From Acinetobacter phage BS46, in the sequence record MN276049.1: a stretch of DNA of 64,000 nt; one strand, given 5' to 3'. The position numbers and the translations under genes were made by a program. Shown here one piece after another: positions 56,186 through 64,000 of the stretch. Positions within the stretch are counted from its first letter, which is position 1; each line of letters starts with the position of its first letter. The notes below the pieces were generated by a model. That model had not been told where the DNA came from, did no database searches, and was given only the letters and a program-made list of their open reading frames with translations.

Positions 56186-56273
56186 ACCTCATCTTGTCGT
56201 AGTGTATGTATGTATAAATAAGCTTTATATATCCAGCAATATTGATATTCATGATTGTATTCAAAGGATGCTA

Positions 56274-56672
56274 TTATTTAGTTAGATCCTCAATATCAAT
56301 ATCTTTAATATTTCGAACTGCATATGCTAGGTTCTTGTAGCTAGATAGCTTTCGATTTAAATCACTGTACTGAGTGACAAGTCTTTGATTGTCAGCAATC
56401 AGGCGCTCTATGCACTGTTCTTTATCTTTATTTGCTTGAACTCTTGCTTTTGATTTGATTGCTTTGATCTGTGTGCGGTATTGAGGTAATTGTTCTGCTC
56501 CAACACCGTGCAGAAAATGTTCTAAGCTCTTAGTCAATCGACTACTATTTTTTGTGATGAACATTGTGAAGAAACCCGCATCTATTCTGATCATCTTATC
56601 AAAAGACTCATGTCCAAATTCATGACAGACAAATATTCTTGGAAAGCAAAATCTAAATTCAATAAAAATCAT
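56274..56672 (-). CDS. hypothetical protein
   Basis: ATG 56672 after GAGGA. Confidence 0.45.
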   Translation of the reverse strand: MIFIEFRFCFPRIFVCHEFGHESFDKMIRIDAGFFTMFITKNSSRLTKSLEHFLHGVGAEQLPQYRTQIKAIKSKARVQANKDKEQCIERLIADNQRLVTQYSDLNRKLSSYKNLAYAVRNIKDIDIEDLTK

Positions 56673-56781
56673 AACACAATCCTCTAATTAATTCTTCACC
56701 AGAAGAATAAAAACACAAATTCCAGCAATAACAAGCCAAACAAATGACCAGCCTGTTCCTCTTTTCATTAATTCATACTCT

Positions 56782-57141
56782 TCATGTCGACTTACTGTTA
56801 AATACTTTTATTTCTGGTCTTTTTTCCAATGAATCTTGCCACTCACCCTTATATGGATTTTCATAAGACCAATATATGAGTCTTTTATTGCCTCCACAAT
56901 ACCAAAACCCTGAATGTAGCCATCCACTTAAAGGCTTCCCTTCATACCCCCATACAAATCCGTTTTCATTTTTTGCAACCCAATTCACATCATCTGGAAT
57001 TTTTGACCAGTCATATTTAGTTTTAGGTTCTTCGTTTTCGTTACTTTGAATGTATTCATTAAGCATTTCACGCATCATAAAGAACAAAACTGTGATGCTC
57101 ACTGAATAGATGATTAGTACACTAATTATAAATGTTATCAT
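56782..57141 (-). CDS. membrane-anchored protein
   Basis: N-terminal TM helix. Confidence 0.4.
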   Translation of the reverse strand: MITFIISVLIIYSVSITVLFFMMREMLNEYIQSNENEEPKTKYDWSKIPDDVNWVAKNENGFVWGYEGKPLSGWLHSGFWYCGGNKRLIYWSYENPYKGEWQDSLEKRPEIKVFNSKST

Positions 57142-57509
57142 CCTTCCCCCTTGAGCGCTTGCTCTGCCTTTTTCAAGATCATCATTTTTCTCCTAGTACG
57201 CGCATTAAATTCTTGAGTTTTAAATGATCCGATTACAGCAGCGCGCATTTTACTTAATGTGTCCGTAGCTTTTAATCGATTTTCTAACCATTCCACTCGC
57301 TTTTGCAGCTCCTCCACCTGTTCTTCCAAAGAACAAACTTTCGATTGTTGGTGTTGCAATCCCTGCTTAAAACCCTCAAATCTATCCTTGTAACCTGACG
57401 CATAAGGATCAATTAGTATATAAACATGCTGACAGTAACCATCACCGCAACGACTCAAATTTTCTGGAATTGGATTAATAGATTCATATAAATCTTGTAG
57501 TTCACTCAT
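57138..57509 (-). CDS. hypothetical protein
   Basis: 123 aa ORF. Confidence 0.4.
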   Translation of the reverse strand: MSELQDLYESINPIPENLSRCGDGYCQHVYILIDPYASGYKDRFEGFKQGLQHQQSKVCSLEEQVEELQKRVEWLENRLKATDTLSKMRAAVIGSFKTQEFNARTRRKMMILKKAEQALKGEG

Positions 57510-57544
57510 AATCGATCACCTTACAATTCTTAGAGATATGATTC

Positions 57545-57826
57545 TCAATGTGGGAGTCGTCGCCCATGTCTTGTCATGATGCTTTCACCTTCTTCTAATT
57601 CGTTAAGTACTTGGCTAGCAGTTTCATAATCATGAAATTCTTCTAGTAGGTTTATTGCTTTAAACTCACTCATGGCTGGCTCCTTGCAATCCACAATTTC
57701 AACCTTTACATCATTGTCAGATTCTCTAAATTGAATACCTTTATGCTCTAATACAAACTTTTCTGCATCCGTCTGATCAGCCCATTCCAATAGAGCGCGT
57801 TTAGACTTTTTCCTTTTTTCACTCAT
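57545..57826 (-). CDS. hypothetical protein
   Basis: 93 aa ORF. Confidence 0.4.
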   Translation of the reverse strand: MSEKRKKSKRALLEWADQTDAEKFVLEHKGIQFRESDNDVKVEIVDCKEPAMSEFKAINLLEEFHDYETASQVLNELEEGESIMTRHGRRLPH

Positions 57827-58151
57827 CTCCGCCTCCGTATATTGATTCGTGGTCGCGTACAGCCTCTCGAATTGGTTCAGGGTCTTCTGTCAGTTCATGT
57901 AGCATGTAAAGACTTTGCTTGCATGACTCGATACCACCATAAGACTCGACCAAATCCAAAGACTTCACCAGACGCTTGACCACGGACCGTTCAAACACAC
58001 GATCTCCATGATGTGGTTTAATTTCATCTGTAAAATCAATTTCACCTTCATGAACCACCAAATACTTAGCAGTGTTGACAAATGACATTGATATTCTGAA
58101 AGTGTTAGGCCCAAACTCACGAATAAACTGTTCTGGTTTCATAATGAGCAC
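57819..58151 (-). CDS. hypothetical protein
   Basis: 110 aa ORF. Confidence 0.4.
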   Translation of the reverse strand: MLIMKPEQFIREFGPNTFRISMSFVNTAKYLVVHEGEIDFTDEIKPHHGDRVFERSVVKRLVKSLDLVESYGGIESCKQSLYMLHELTEDPEPIREAVRDHESIYGGGDE

Positions 58152-58414
58152 TCCAAAGATTCAATAAATTCGTAAATCTCATTGCCTGTTTTTAGTGAGA
58201 AAAGTTTTTCTATGATTTCTGTAGTTGCCTCATAGTTATCACCCTTACCGCGACCATCTGTAATGAGGAATCCATCTCCAGCACAGTATGTAATGCCAAT
58301 TTCATGAGCGCCCAATAAACTAAAATGCTGCTCAACCTCTTTAAAGAAATCATTCACAGTAGTTTGAGCTTTATGTGCTCTTGCCAATCCCCTTAATGCT
58401 TGAAGTGGTTTCAT
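58139..58414 (-). CDS. hypothetical protein
   Basis: 91 aa ORF. Confidence 0.4.
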   Translation of the reverse strand: MKPLQALRGLARAHKAQTTVNDFFKEVEQHFSLLGAHEIGITYCAGDGFLITDGRGKGDNYEATTEIIEKLFSLKTGNEIYEFIESLECSL

Positions 58415-58548
58415 TGTTGCTCACTCTTTAACTTGTTAATTTGCGCATAAACTTTGCCCCATCTTTCTTGATCAGCTTTCATTCTTTGCTCTTCTCTAAT
58501 CAATCTTTTTATGTGTGGATCTATTAACAGTCTGCAACTATTTTTCAT

Positions 58549-58740
58549 TTAATTCTCCATGCAATATTTGATTGCTTGTTCCAACATTCTAAATTGAGCC
58601 AACACAACATGATCTTCACCCTCAACATACCAAATTGAGTCGTCTTGTGATTCTTTTATAACAAGGTTATTTACTTGTATTTGGATCTCACCAGAAACCA
58701 CTTTCGCTTCAATCATTTCGCCATTACCCCTACGATGCAA
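58549..58740 (-). CDS. hypothetical protein
   Basis: 63 aa ORF. Confidence 0.35.
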   Translation of the reverse strand: MHRRGNGEMIEAKVVSGEIQIQVNNLVIKESQDDSIWYVEGEDHVVLAQFRMLEQAIKYCMEN

Positions 58741-58907
58741 TAAGAATCCTTGATCTTTCCTTTATTCCCATATGTCTTTGCATTTTGCAAACACTGCTGC
58801 ATATTGACTTGCGGTATTTGAATGGTGGCGATTGCTTTACCAGTATCACCAGTATAACCACCCGCAGGTACATATAAAACCAAAATCAAATAAACTACAT
58901 TAATCAT
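58713..58907 (-). CDS. small protein with signal-peptide-like N-terminus
   Basis: MINVVYLILVLYVPAGG... Confidence 0.35.
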   Translation of the reverse strand: MINVVYLILVLYVPAGGYTGDTGKAIATIQIPQVNMQQCLQNAKTYGNKGKIKDSYCIVGVMAK

Positions 58908-59061
58908 TTCAAATACTCTCCTGTTTGGTATGCGACATTAATCAAAATAAGCTACAAAGAAATTCTTCATATCTATTGTATCACCACAATCTAGTTCGTC
59001 AATAGGTACTCCTAAATTTCTTAGGAATTCACTACGATTGCAATCACAAGAATAGTTGTCT

Positions 59062-59289
59062 TTATGATTTTCCATAATAACCCCCAAATATATTGTGACG
59101 CATAATCTCAGAAATTACATCAACAATTTCCAATGACTTTTCAGAAATTAGTATATCGTACTTTTCTTTATCTGTAAACACTAATTTTTCAACTTTTAAT
59201 CTCTCAAGCTGTACATGTAAAGAATGTAGTTTTGTATAAAGTTTTGCTAATGCACTTGTTGTTTCTAAATCAAACATCGTACTCTCCAT
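59062..59289 (-). CDS. hypothetical protein
   Basis: 75 aa ORF. Confidence 0.4.
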   Translation of the reverse strand: MESTMFDLETTSALAKLYTKLHSLHVQLERLKVEKLVFTDKEKYDILISEKSLEIVDVISEIMRHNIFGGYYGKS

Positions 59290-59572
59290 TTAACTTGTCT
59301 TCAAATGCTTTAATTTCTTCGTTGGTGTATAATGAATGACATTCTCCTGAACATTCATCATCTTCAAAAACAGCAGGGTTAAAAACTCTCCACTTCCCTG
59401 TTCTAGTGTCTTTAATTGTAAATAAAACTTCATCAGCTTTATACTCTTTTTTGTGCATATCCCAATCCTCTTTAATATCCTTAGCCCATTTTCTTCTCTC
59501 TTCTCTTGTCAATCCAGAAGGCATTCTAAAAGAAGGCTCTTTTGTTAGCTGAATTAACTTTTCAATGTCCAT
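59270..59572 (-). CDS. hypothetical protein
   Basis: 100 aa ORF. Confidence 0.4.
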   Translation of the reverse strand: MDIEKLIQLTKEPSFRMPSGLTREERRKWAKDIKEDWDMHKKEYKADEVLFTIKDTRTGKWRVFNPAVFEDDECSGECHSLYTNEEIKAFEDKLNGEYDV

Positions 59573-59576
59573 TTAA

Positions 59577-59933
59577 TTACCACCAACGTTTTAGTTTCCT
59601 AAGTTCAGGAGGAGAGGGAGGAGGTGGTATATCATCACCCACTTTAATAAATTTATTTATACTATAAACAATATCAGTACCGACTTTTGTAAAGCTTCCA
59701 ACAATTCCGTACCTTGAAGCAAGAGTTGGATTTAAAAGAGTTAAATCCTGATTATAATGAGAAATGGTTATTGTATATGGTAAATTACAACCATCTAAAA
59801 TTCTTTCTCTAGCTTTTTCGTAAATTTCCTCTACTACAGAGTTAAAATCTTTATAGCATGGACTACCAACAGATTTATCATACAAGTCGTATAATGATTC
59901 AGGCACGAGTTCTCTCCTTAAATTTATAAACAC
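59577..59933 (-). CDS. hypothetical protein with Pro-rich C-terminus
   Basis: 118 aa, ...DDIPPPPSPPELRKLKRWW. Confidence 0.4.
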   Translation of the reverse strand: MFINLRRELVPESLYDLYDKSVGSPCYKDFNSVVEEIYEKARERILDGCNLPYTITISHYNQDLTLLNPTLASRYGIVGSFTKVGTDIVYSINKFIKVGDDIPPPPSPPELRKLKRWW

Positions 59934-60516
59934 CTTTTTCTTTCAAAAATTCAATAATGTCCTGAATTACCTTTTCTTTGTCAGAAACACCGAGATTAAA
60001 TATAGGAATATTATATTTCATTGCAAGTTTGATTGCTGTAGCTGTACCACCTTGTATCTTACCTTCTGGTGTCCAACAGATAACGCAATCAACTGGACTT
60101 TCTAAATCATAACCAAGAATCTGATGACAATTACGACTATGCATACCTCTAGCCCATTCATTGCATCTAGACCAATGCGATTCACCCATAACAGATTTAG
60201 CAATCTCCTCAGATTTTTCAATTAAGTCTGGGTTTCTTACAACAGCTAAATGTTTATTAGGTAAACAACTTCGATTAATGTTTTTCTGTTCAGCAACATA
60301 TACTTCAAAGTTTTTCTCGTTAACCCATCCATTTTCCATCGCCTTACTGTAAGCTTTCTGTGCAATTCCATCCATACCAAGCTCACAAAGACCAGATGTG
60401 AATGTATATCCTTGTTGGGCACAAGCTAAACACACATTCCAACAAAAGATTATTTGATCATGGTATTTAGGATTTTTCTCAAGCTCACGACTTCCTATTA
60501 ACGCAACTCTGAACAT
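59899..60516 (-). CDS. DprA/Smf-like (SLOG Rossmann-fold) protein
   Basis: VALIGSRE, FTSGLCELGMDGIAQKAY (cf. DprA SGxARGIDaaAH), C-terminal GGTATAIKLAMKYNIPIFNLG. Confidence 0.5.
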   Translation of the reverse strand: MFRVALIGSRELEKNPKYHDQIIFCWNVCLACAQQGYTFTSGLCELGMDGIAQKAYSKAMENGWVNEKNFEVYVAEQKNINRSCLPNKHLAVVRNPDLIEKSEEIAKSVMGESHWSRCNEWARGMHSRNCHQILGYDLESPVDCVICWTPEGKIQGGTATAIKLAMKYNIPIFNLGVSDKEKVIQDIIEFLKEKGVYKFKERTRA

Positions 60517-60549
60517 TTAAATAACACCTTTTGATTTATGATAACTTAA

Positions 60550-60801
60550 TTAAAAATAAATTACTTTGCTCTGATTTAATGCAACAACCTCTCGTATTAG
60601 TAGCAATTCAGCTTTAGTAAGATTACAACGCTTCCCGTTAAGCTCCAACCAACCACCTCCTGTATCAAAGTAATAACCAATCATAACATAATTACCATTT
60701 TCAAACAAGTATTTTTCACTTGACACACAATTCTCATGAATTACACTTTCACTATTTTTAAAGTAAAGTAGGACACTCTCAATGGTTTTTAATTTTGTCA
60801 T
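60550..60801 (-). CDS. hypothetical protein
   Basis: 83 aa ORF. Confidence 0.4.
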   Translation of the reverse strand: MTKLKTIESVLLYFKNSESVIHENCVSSEKYLFENGNYVMIGYYFDTGGGWLELNGKRCNLTKAELLLIREVVALNQSKVIYF

Positions 60802-61134
60802 TTACTTATTCACCCCTAAAATCTCACCAAACAAGAGCTTTTCACACTCACTTTCACCTTCATAACGATCTATATCACAACCTTCGTAGATCATCTCAAT
60901 ACTATATATATCTTTCTTAAAATGTTCTAGGTTTATTTTAATTGCTCTAAGAGCATCTTCATAACCACGATTATATTCTGAAATAGTTTCACTTGTATTT
61001 AAGGTAACAATTTCATCACCATTCTTCCAGTATTCACAATATGATTTACTTCCAACTTTTACATAACCGTTGTTTAACAAATAATCTGGTGTTAATTTAG
61101 ATACCATTTTCAAACTCCTTACCCGTGTACCCAC
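60802..61134 (-). CDS. hypothetical protein
   Basis: 110 aa ORF. Confidence 0.4.
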   Translation of the reverse strand: MGTRVRSLKMVSKLTPDYLLNNGYVKVGSKSYCEYWKNGDEIVTLNTSETISEYNRGYEDALRAIKINLEHFKKDIYSIEMIYEGCDIDRYEGESECEKLLFGEILGVNK

Positions 61135-61352
61135 TCGGAACCATCTTCATTGATTAAGATAATATTGTAATCATTTTTATTTGATTCTTTTAATGTGAAA
61201 TACATACTTGTTTCTGAAGTAAATTTAACATTTTCTGTGTTCAGGTTGTACTTACAAATTAAATCAATAAGTAAGTCAGCAAACAGTTGATTACTCAAGT
61301 CTTCACAATAAAACCCTTTATCTTCATCCCAACTAATAACCAAATCTTTCAT
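61119..61352 (-). CDS. hypothetical protein
   Basis: 77 aa ORF. Confidence 0.4.
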   Translation of the reverse strand: MKDLVISWDEDKGFYCEDLSNQLFADLLIDLICKYNLNTENVKFTSETSMYFTLKESNKNDYNIILINEDGSEWVHG

Positions 61353-61413
61353 TTATTTCTCCGAATAAAAATTTAAATAGAGTGTAAACCAAAACAGGAA
61401 GGTATTCAAGTTT

Positions 61414-61902
61414 TTATTTGCTTAGTATATCATCCATAAAATTACAACGTGATACATTGTACTCACCATTTCTAACTAAACTAGATAACATAGAAGGTAT
61501 TTCACCAAAATATCCTTTCTTATACGATTTACCATAAAACATGAATGTGTAAAAATCTTCCAAATTAATTGCATTAAAGTAGAACATTTCAGTCAAAACA
61601 TCAGTATCGTAAGTTTCATAAAAGTCCATTAGAATCTCATGCACAACATCCTCATTTAAGTTCAACCAAACTTTCAACTCATCTCTTATAAACTTGGATT
61701 TGTTTATACCGTCTGAAATTACTCCAGAAGTACCATCAAAAGACACATTATGTGCCTTGCCATGACAATCTGTACATAACTCAATTAAGTTTTCTTTAGT
61801 ATCCCTCCCTCCCCTACTTCTTGGTACAATGTGGTGTAAGTGAGTATCTTGACCTACAAAACCACAGTTAGAACATTTTCCTGTTTTCAACATAATCTCC
61901 AT
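61414..61902 (-). CDS. HNH endonuclease
   Basis: CSNCGF...HLHHIVPRSRGGRDTKENLIELCTDCHGKAH canonical HNH. Confidence 0.7.
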   Translation of the reverse strand: MEIMLKTGKCSNCGFVGQDTHLHHIVPRSRGGRDTKENLIELCTDCHGKAHNVSFDGTSGVISDGINKSKFIRDELKVWLNLNEDVVHEILMDFYETYDTDVLTEMFYFNAINLEDFYTFMFYGKSYKKGYFGEIPSMLSSLVRNGEYNVSRCNFMDDILSK

Positions 61903-62023
61903 TCAACTAATGTGTCAAGATCACTAACCATTACATCAAAATTAATATAATTGTTATCATACCAACCAAAATTCATTCTGCAATCCTCTCATATTCATAA
62001 AAACCCTAATAAATCCTTACTAA

Positions 62024-62788
62024 TCATTCCAAATCCACAATACGTTTTACACCAATATTAAAATACCCTTCATCCATCTCAATACCAATAAACTTACGGT
62101 TTGTGTTTAAAGCTGCTACACCTGTAGAAAACGACCCTGCTGTAAAGTCTAACACTGTTTCACCTTCTTGTGTATAAGTTTTAATTAAATAGTCGAGAAG
62201 TGCGACTGGTTTTTGAGTGGGATGAAGTTTCTCTTTATCTTTTGAAAATTTCAGAAGGTCGTTGGGATACCCTGTTTTCTTTTGTTCATATGGTTTATGT
62301 GAAGGTCTGTATGTTTTAAACGTACCACCTGTCTTTCCATAGTCATCACCTTTCCGTTTCTTTGAACAATCAACAAGTCCTTGTGGGTAATATCTCATTT
62401 TGTTTTTACTTCCATTAGCAACATTCCCTGTGCTAAAAACCATAACCTTCTCGATCTTTCTCATAGGTTTGTTTTTTGCGTTCATGGCATCAGTTGCATC
62501 ATTTTTCTCCCACATCCAATCATACTTATACATATTAATATTACTAATTCTTACCATTGAACAAAACGGTTCGGTCCCAAACAAAACAATAACACCATTA
62601 GGTTTGATAATTCGTTTTAATTCAGCCCACATTGGCTCGAAAGGAATAACTGAATCCCACTTACAAGCTGTAGTTCCATAAGGTGGGTCTGTTAAAACTA
62701 AATCTACACTACCCTCAGGTATCTCTTTCATTCTTTCTAAGCAATCACCAAATAACAAAGAATAACTCTCTGTAATAACATCTTTCAA
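62024..62788 (-). CDS. DNA amino-methyltransferase, beta class (N6_N4_Mtase family)
   Basis: LVLTDPPYG (motif IV) followed by HPTQKPVALLDYLI and DFTAGSFSTG (motif I) in beta-class order. Confidence 0.8.
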   Translation of the reverse strand: MKDVITESYSLLFGDCLERMKEIPEGSVDLVLTDPPYGTTACKWDSVIPFEPMWAELKRIIKPNGVIVLFGTEPFCSMVRISNINMYKYDWMWEKNDATDAMNAKNKPMRKIEKVMVFSTGNVANGSKNKMRYYPQGLVDCSKKRKGDDYGKTGGTFKTYRPSHKPYEQKKTGYPNDLLKFSKDKEKLHPTQKPVALLDYLIKTYTQEGETVLDFTAGSFSTGVAALNTNRKFIGIEMDEGYFNIGVKRIVDLE

Positions 62789-62845
62789 AATTCACCTCCA
62801 TTATTAAGAACATTACTAATTATCTTGTGAGTTTCTGTATGTATA

Positions 62846-63361
62846 TCAGTCCCACAAATTATCAAAATACTTAATGAATAACTCTCGTCCTTCATCCACT
62901 TTGCGTTTAATCTCAGCATCATAAACTCGACTACGTTCCCACCAAGCATCTACATCTGCTTGTATAACACCATCTTTTAACACTTTTCTCCACTCTGTTA
63001 TCTTACCATAAATAGGGTGATCTTCCCACACTTGTTCAGGAAACTTTTCAGGGTGTGTTAAATCATCGTAATAAAAGTCATAAGGCTCAATATCAAAGTA
63101 TGTTGGATGTTCTTTAAATGCAAAGATCATCTTATCTAACAACTCTTGCCATTGTTCATCACAATATTCACTAGAATAATCCCAATAAAACTTCCTACCA
63201 GTTTCAGGATTAATATCTTCAGTGACTAAGTGTGGTGGGATTGTATTCTTGCGAATACCTTTAAACTGCTCTAACCCCTCAACAATAACTTTAGCAAGGT
63301 GTTTATCTAAGTTCCACAACTCTCGCTTGTTAAAGCGAAGTTTACCCTTCTGAATATGCAT
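62846..63361 (-). CDS. hypothetical protein
   Basis: 171 aa ORF. Confidence 0.45.
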   Translation of the reverse strand: MHIQKGKLRFNKRELWNLDKHLAKVIVEGLEQFKGIRKNTIPPHLVTEDINPETGRKFYWDYSSEYCDEQWQELLDKMIFAFKEHPTYFDIEPYDFYYDDLTHPEKFPEQVWEDHPIYGKITEWRKVLKDGVIQADVDAWWERSRVYDAEIKRKVDEGRELFIKYFDNLWD

Positions 63362-63705
63362 TAATTTTTACTCCATTTCAAATTTATGATGTACTTTAAA
63401 CGGTCTAATTCAAATCTAGCGAAAGTAAAACAACTTAATACAACCTTATCATAACAATCTTTAGAATTGTAAACACTATCAACTTTCTTGTCAAGAATAA
63501 TGACTACATCTTTATCAAATACTCCTGTAAATCCATCTAGTTGGTATTCACCAATTAGTTTTATAGCATCTGTGTATTCGCACCATTCTTTTTGAAAAGA
63601 CTCAACAACATCTAAACTTGGATAGTAAGGACCGTTAATGCAAGGTTCTACATTTAAGCAATATTCCAAACTACTAAAGTTATAACCGAAACATGGATTT
63701 TTCAT
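63361..63705 (-). CDS. hypothetical Cys-rich protein
   Basis: 114 aa ORF. Confidence 0.4.
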   Translation of the reverse strand: MKNPCFGYNFSSLEYCLNVEPCINGPYYPSLDVVESFQKEWCEYTDAIKLIGEYQLDGFTGVFDKDVVIILDKKVDSVYNSKDCYDKVVLSCFTFARFELDRLKYIINLKWSKN

Positions 63706-63975
63706 TTATTTCTCCTGTACAGAATCATGAGACACAACCCACCCTAAAACTTCATTAATATATTCTTCACATCTCATTTCAATAAACTTAATAGCTTCTT
63801 CTGCTGTATCAAATTTCTCATTAAACAGATGCTCCCACCAGAAAGGTGCAAACACAAACCAATCGCCTTTGTTCTCATATCTACGAATAGTTAATATACC
63901 AAACACACTATCAATCTCTTGCATCTCAAAGCCATTAACAACTTGAAGCGGTGCAATGTTTAATTTGACTTTCAT
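63706..63975 (-). CDS. hypothetical protein
   Basis: 89 aa ORF. Confidence 0.4.
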   Translation of the reverse strand: MKVKLNIAPLQVVNGFEMQEIDSVFGILTIRRYENKGDWFVFAPFWWEHLFNEKFDTAEEAIKFIEMRCEEYINEVLGWVVSHDSVQEK

Positions 63976-64000
63976 TTAATTCTCCACGTACAACTAATTT

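Noticed and set aside
1-64000. Searched for CRISPR-type regularly spaced direct repeats, reverse transcriptase, integrase/recombinase, or toxin-antitoxin hallmarks
   Set aside because: No repeat-spacer arrays and no RT (YxDD), tyrosine or serine recombinase motifs were seen. The window looks like core and early regions of a virulent phage rather than a defence island.

Overview
This window is a segment of a tailed-phage (Caudoviricetes) genome with low GC and tightly packed genes. Starts often overlap the preceding stop (ATGA / TAATG), and Shine-Dalgarno sites are strong (AGGAG). No integrase, CI-like repressor or CRISPR array is visible, so it looks like a virulent phage. The host cannot be determined from the sequence alone.

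Layout:
- **1-6.4 kb (+):** end of the structural module: a partial baseplate or tail gene, a tail fibre with a tail-collar domain, a membrane-protein/holin/GH19-endolysin lysis cassette embedded among the fibre genes, and two further fibres that share an N-terminal anchor.
- **6.4-24 kb (+):** replication module:
  - an iteron-like repeat array and promoter ahead of an HTH (DnaD/HTH_36-like) gene;
  - many small genes;
  - a T7 gp4-like primase-helicase;
  - a family B DNA polymerase;
  - a DUF3310 protein;
  - a 0.7 kb island with no ORFs and a GC-richer composition;
  - an SSB-like protein with an acidic tail;
  - a FEN-family 5'-3' exonuclease;
  - two HNH/AP2 endonucleases;
  - a DEDDh exonuclease;
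  - tRNA-Arg(UCU) with its own promoter.
- **24.6-33 kb (+):** nucleotide metabolism: a MazG-like protein, class I ribonucleotide reductase NrdA and NrdB with an intrinsic terminator between them, a glutaredoxin/NrdH-like redoxin, and ThyX.
- **33-35.8 kb (+):** small genes, ending at a bidirectional terminator.
- **35.8-49.4 kb (-):** early or accessory block:
  - an HNH-like endonuclease;
  - a PspA/IM30-like protein;
  - tandem membrane-anchored paralogues;
  - a lipoprotein that may act in superinfection exclusion;
  - a D12-class Dam methyltransferase;
  - a 452-aa P-loop NTPase.
- **49.4-51.3 kb:** an AT-rich regulatory hub of about 2 kb with strong promoters, tandem repeats and three copies of a TATCCATTGTT-N4/5-AACAATAT palindrome.
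- **51.3-54.5 kb (+):** a block of small genes.
- **55-64 kb (-):** a further block that includes:
  - a tandem triplicated small-gene family carrying an N(A/K)P(E/K)GATHY motif, one copy unannotated and a longer relative at 42659-43198;
  - a DprA-like protein;
  - a beta-class amino-methyltransferase followed by a small HNH nuclease.

The main candidates for undescribed biology are the ATHY paralogue family, the palindromic operator set in the regulatory hub, the 0.7 kb non-coding island, the iteron array, and the phage-encoded PspA, DprA and lipoprotein genes.
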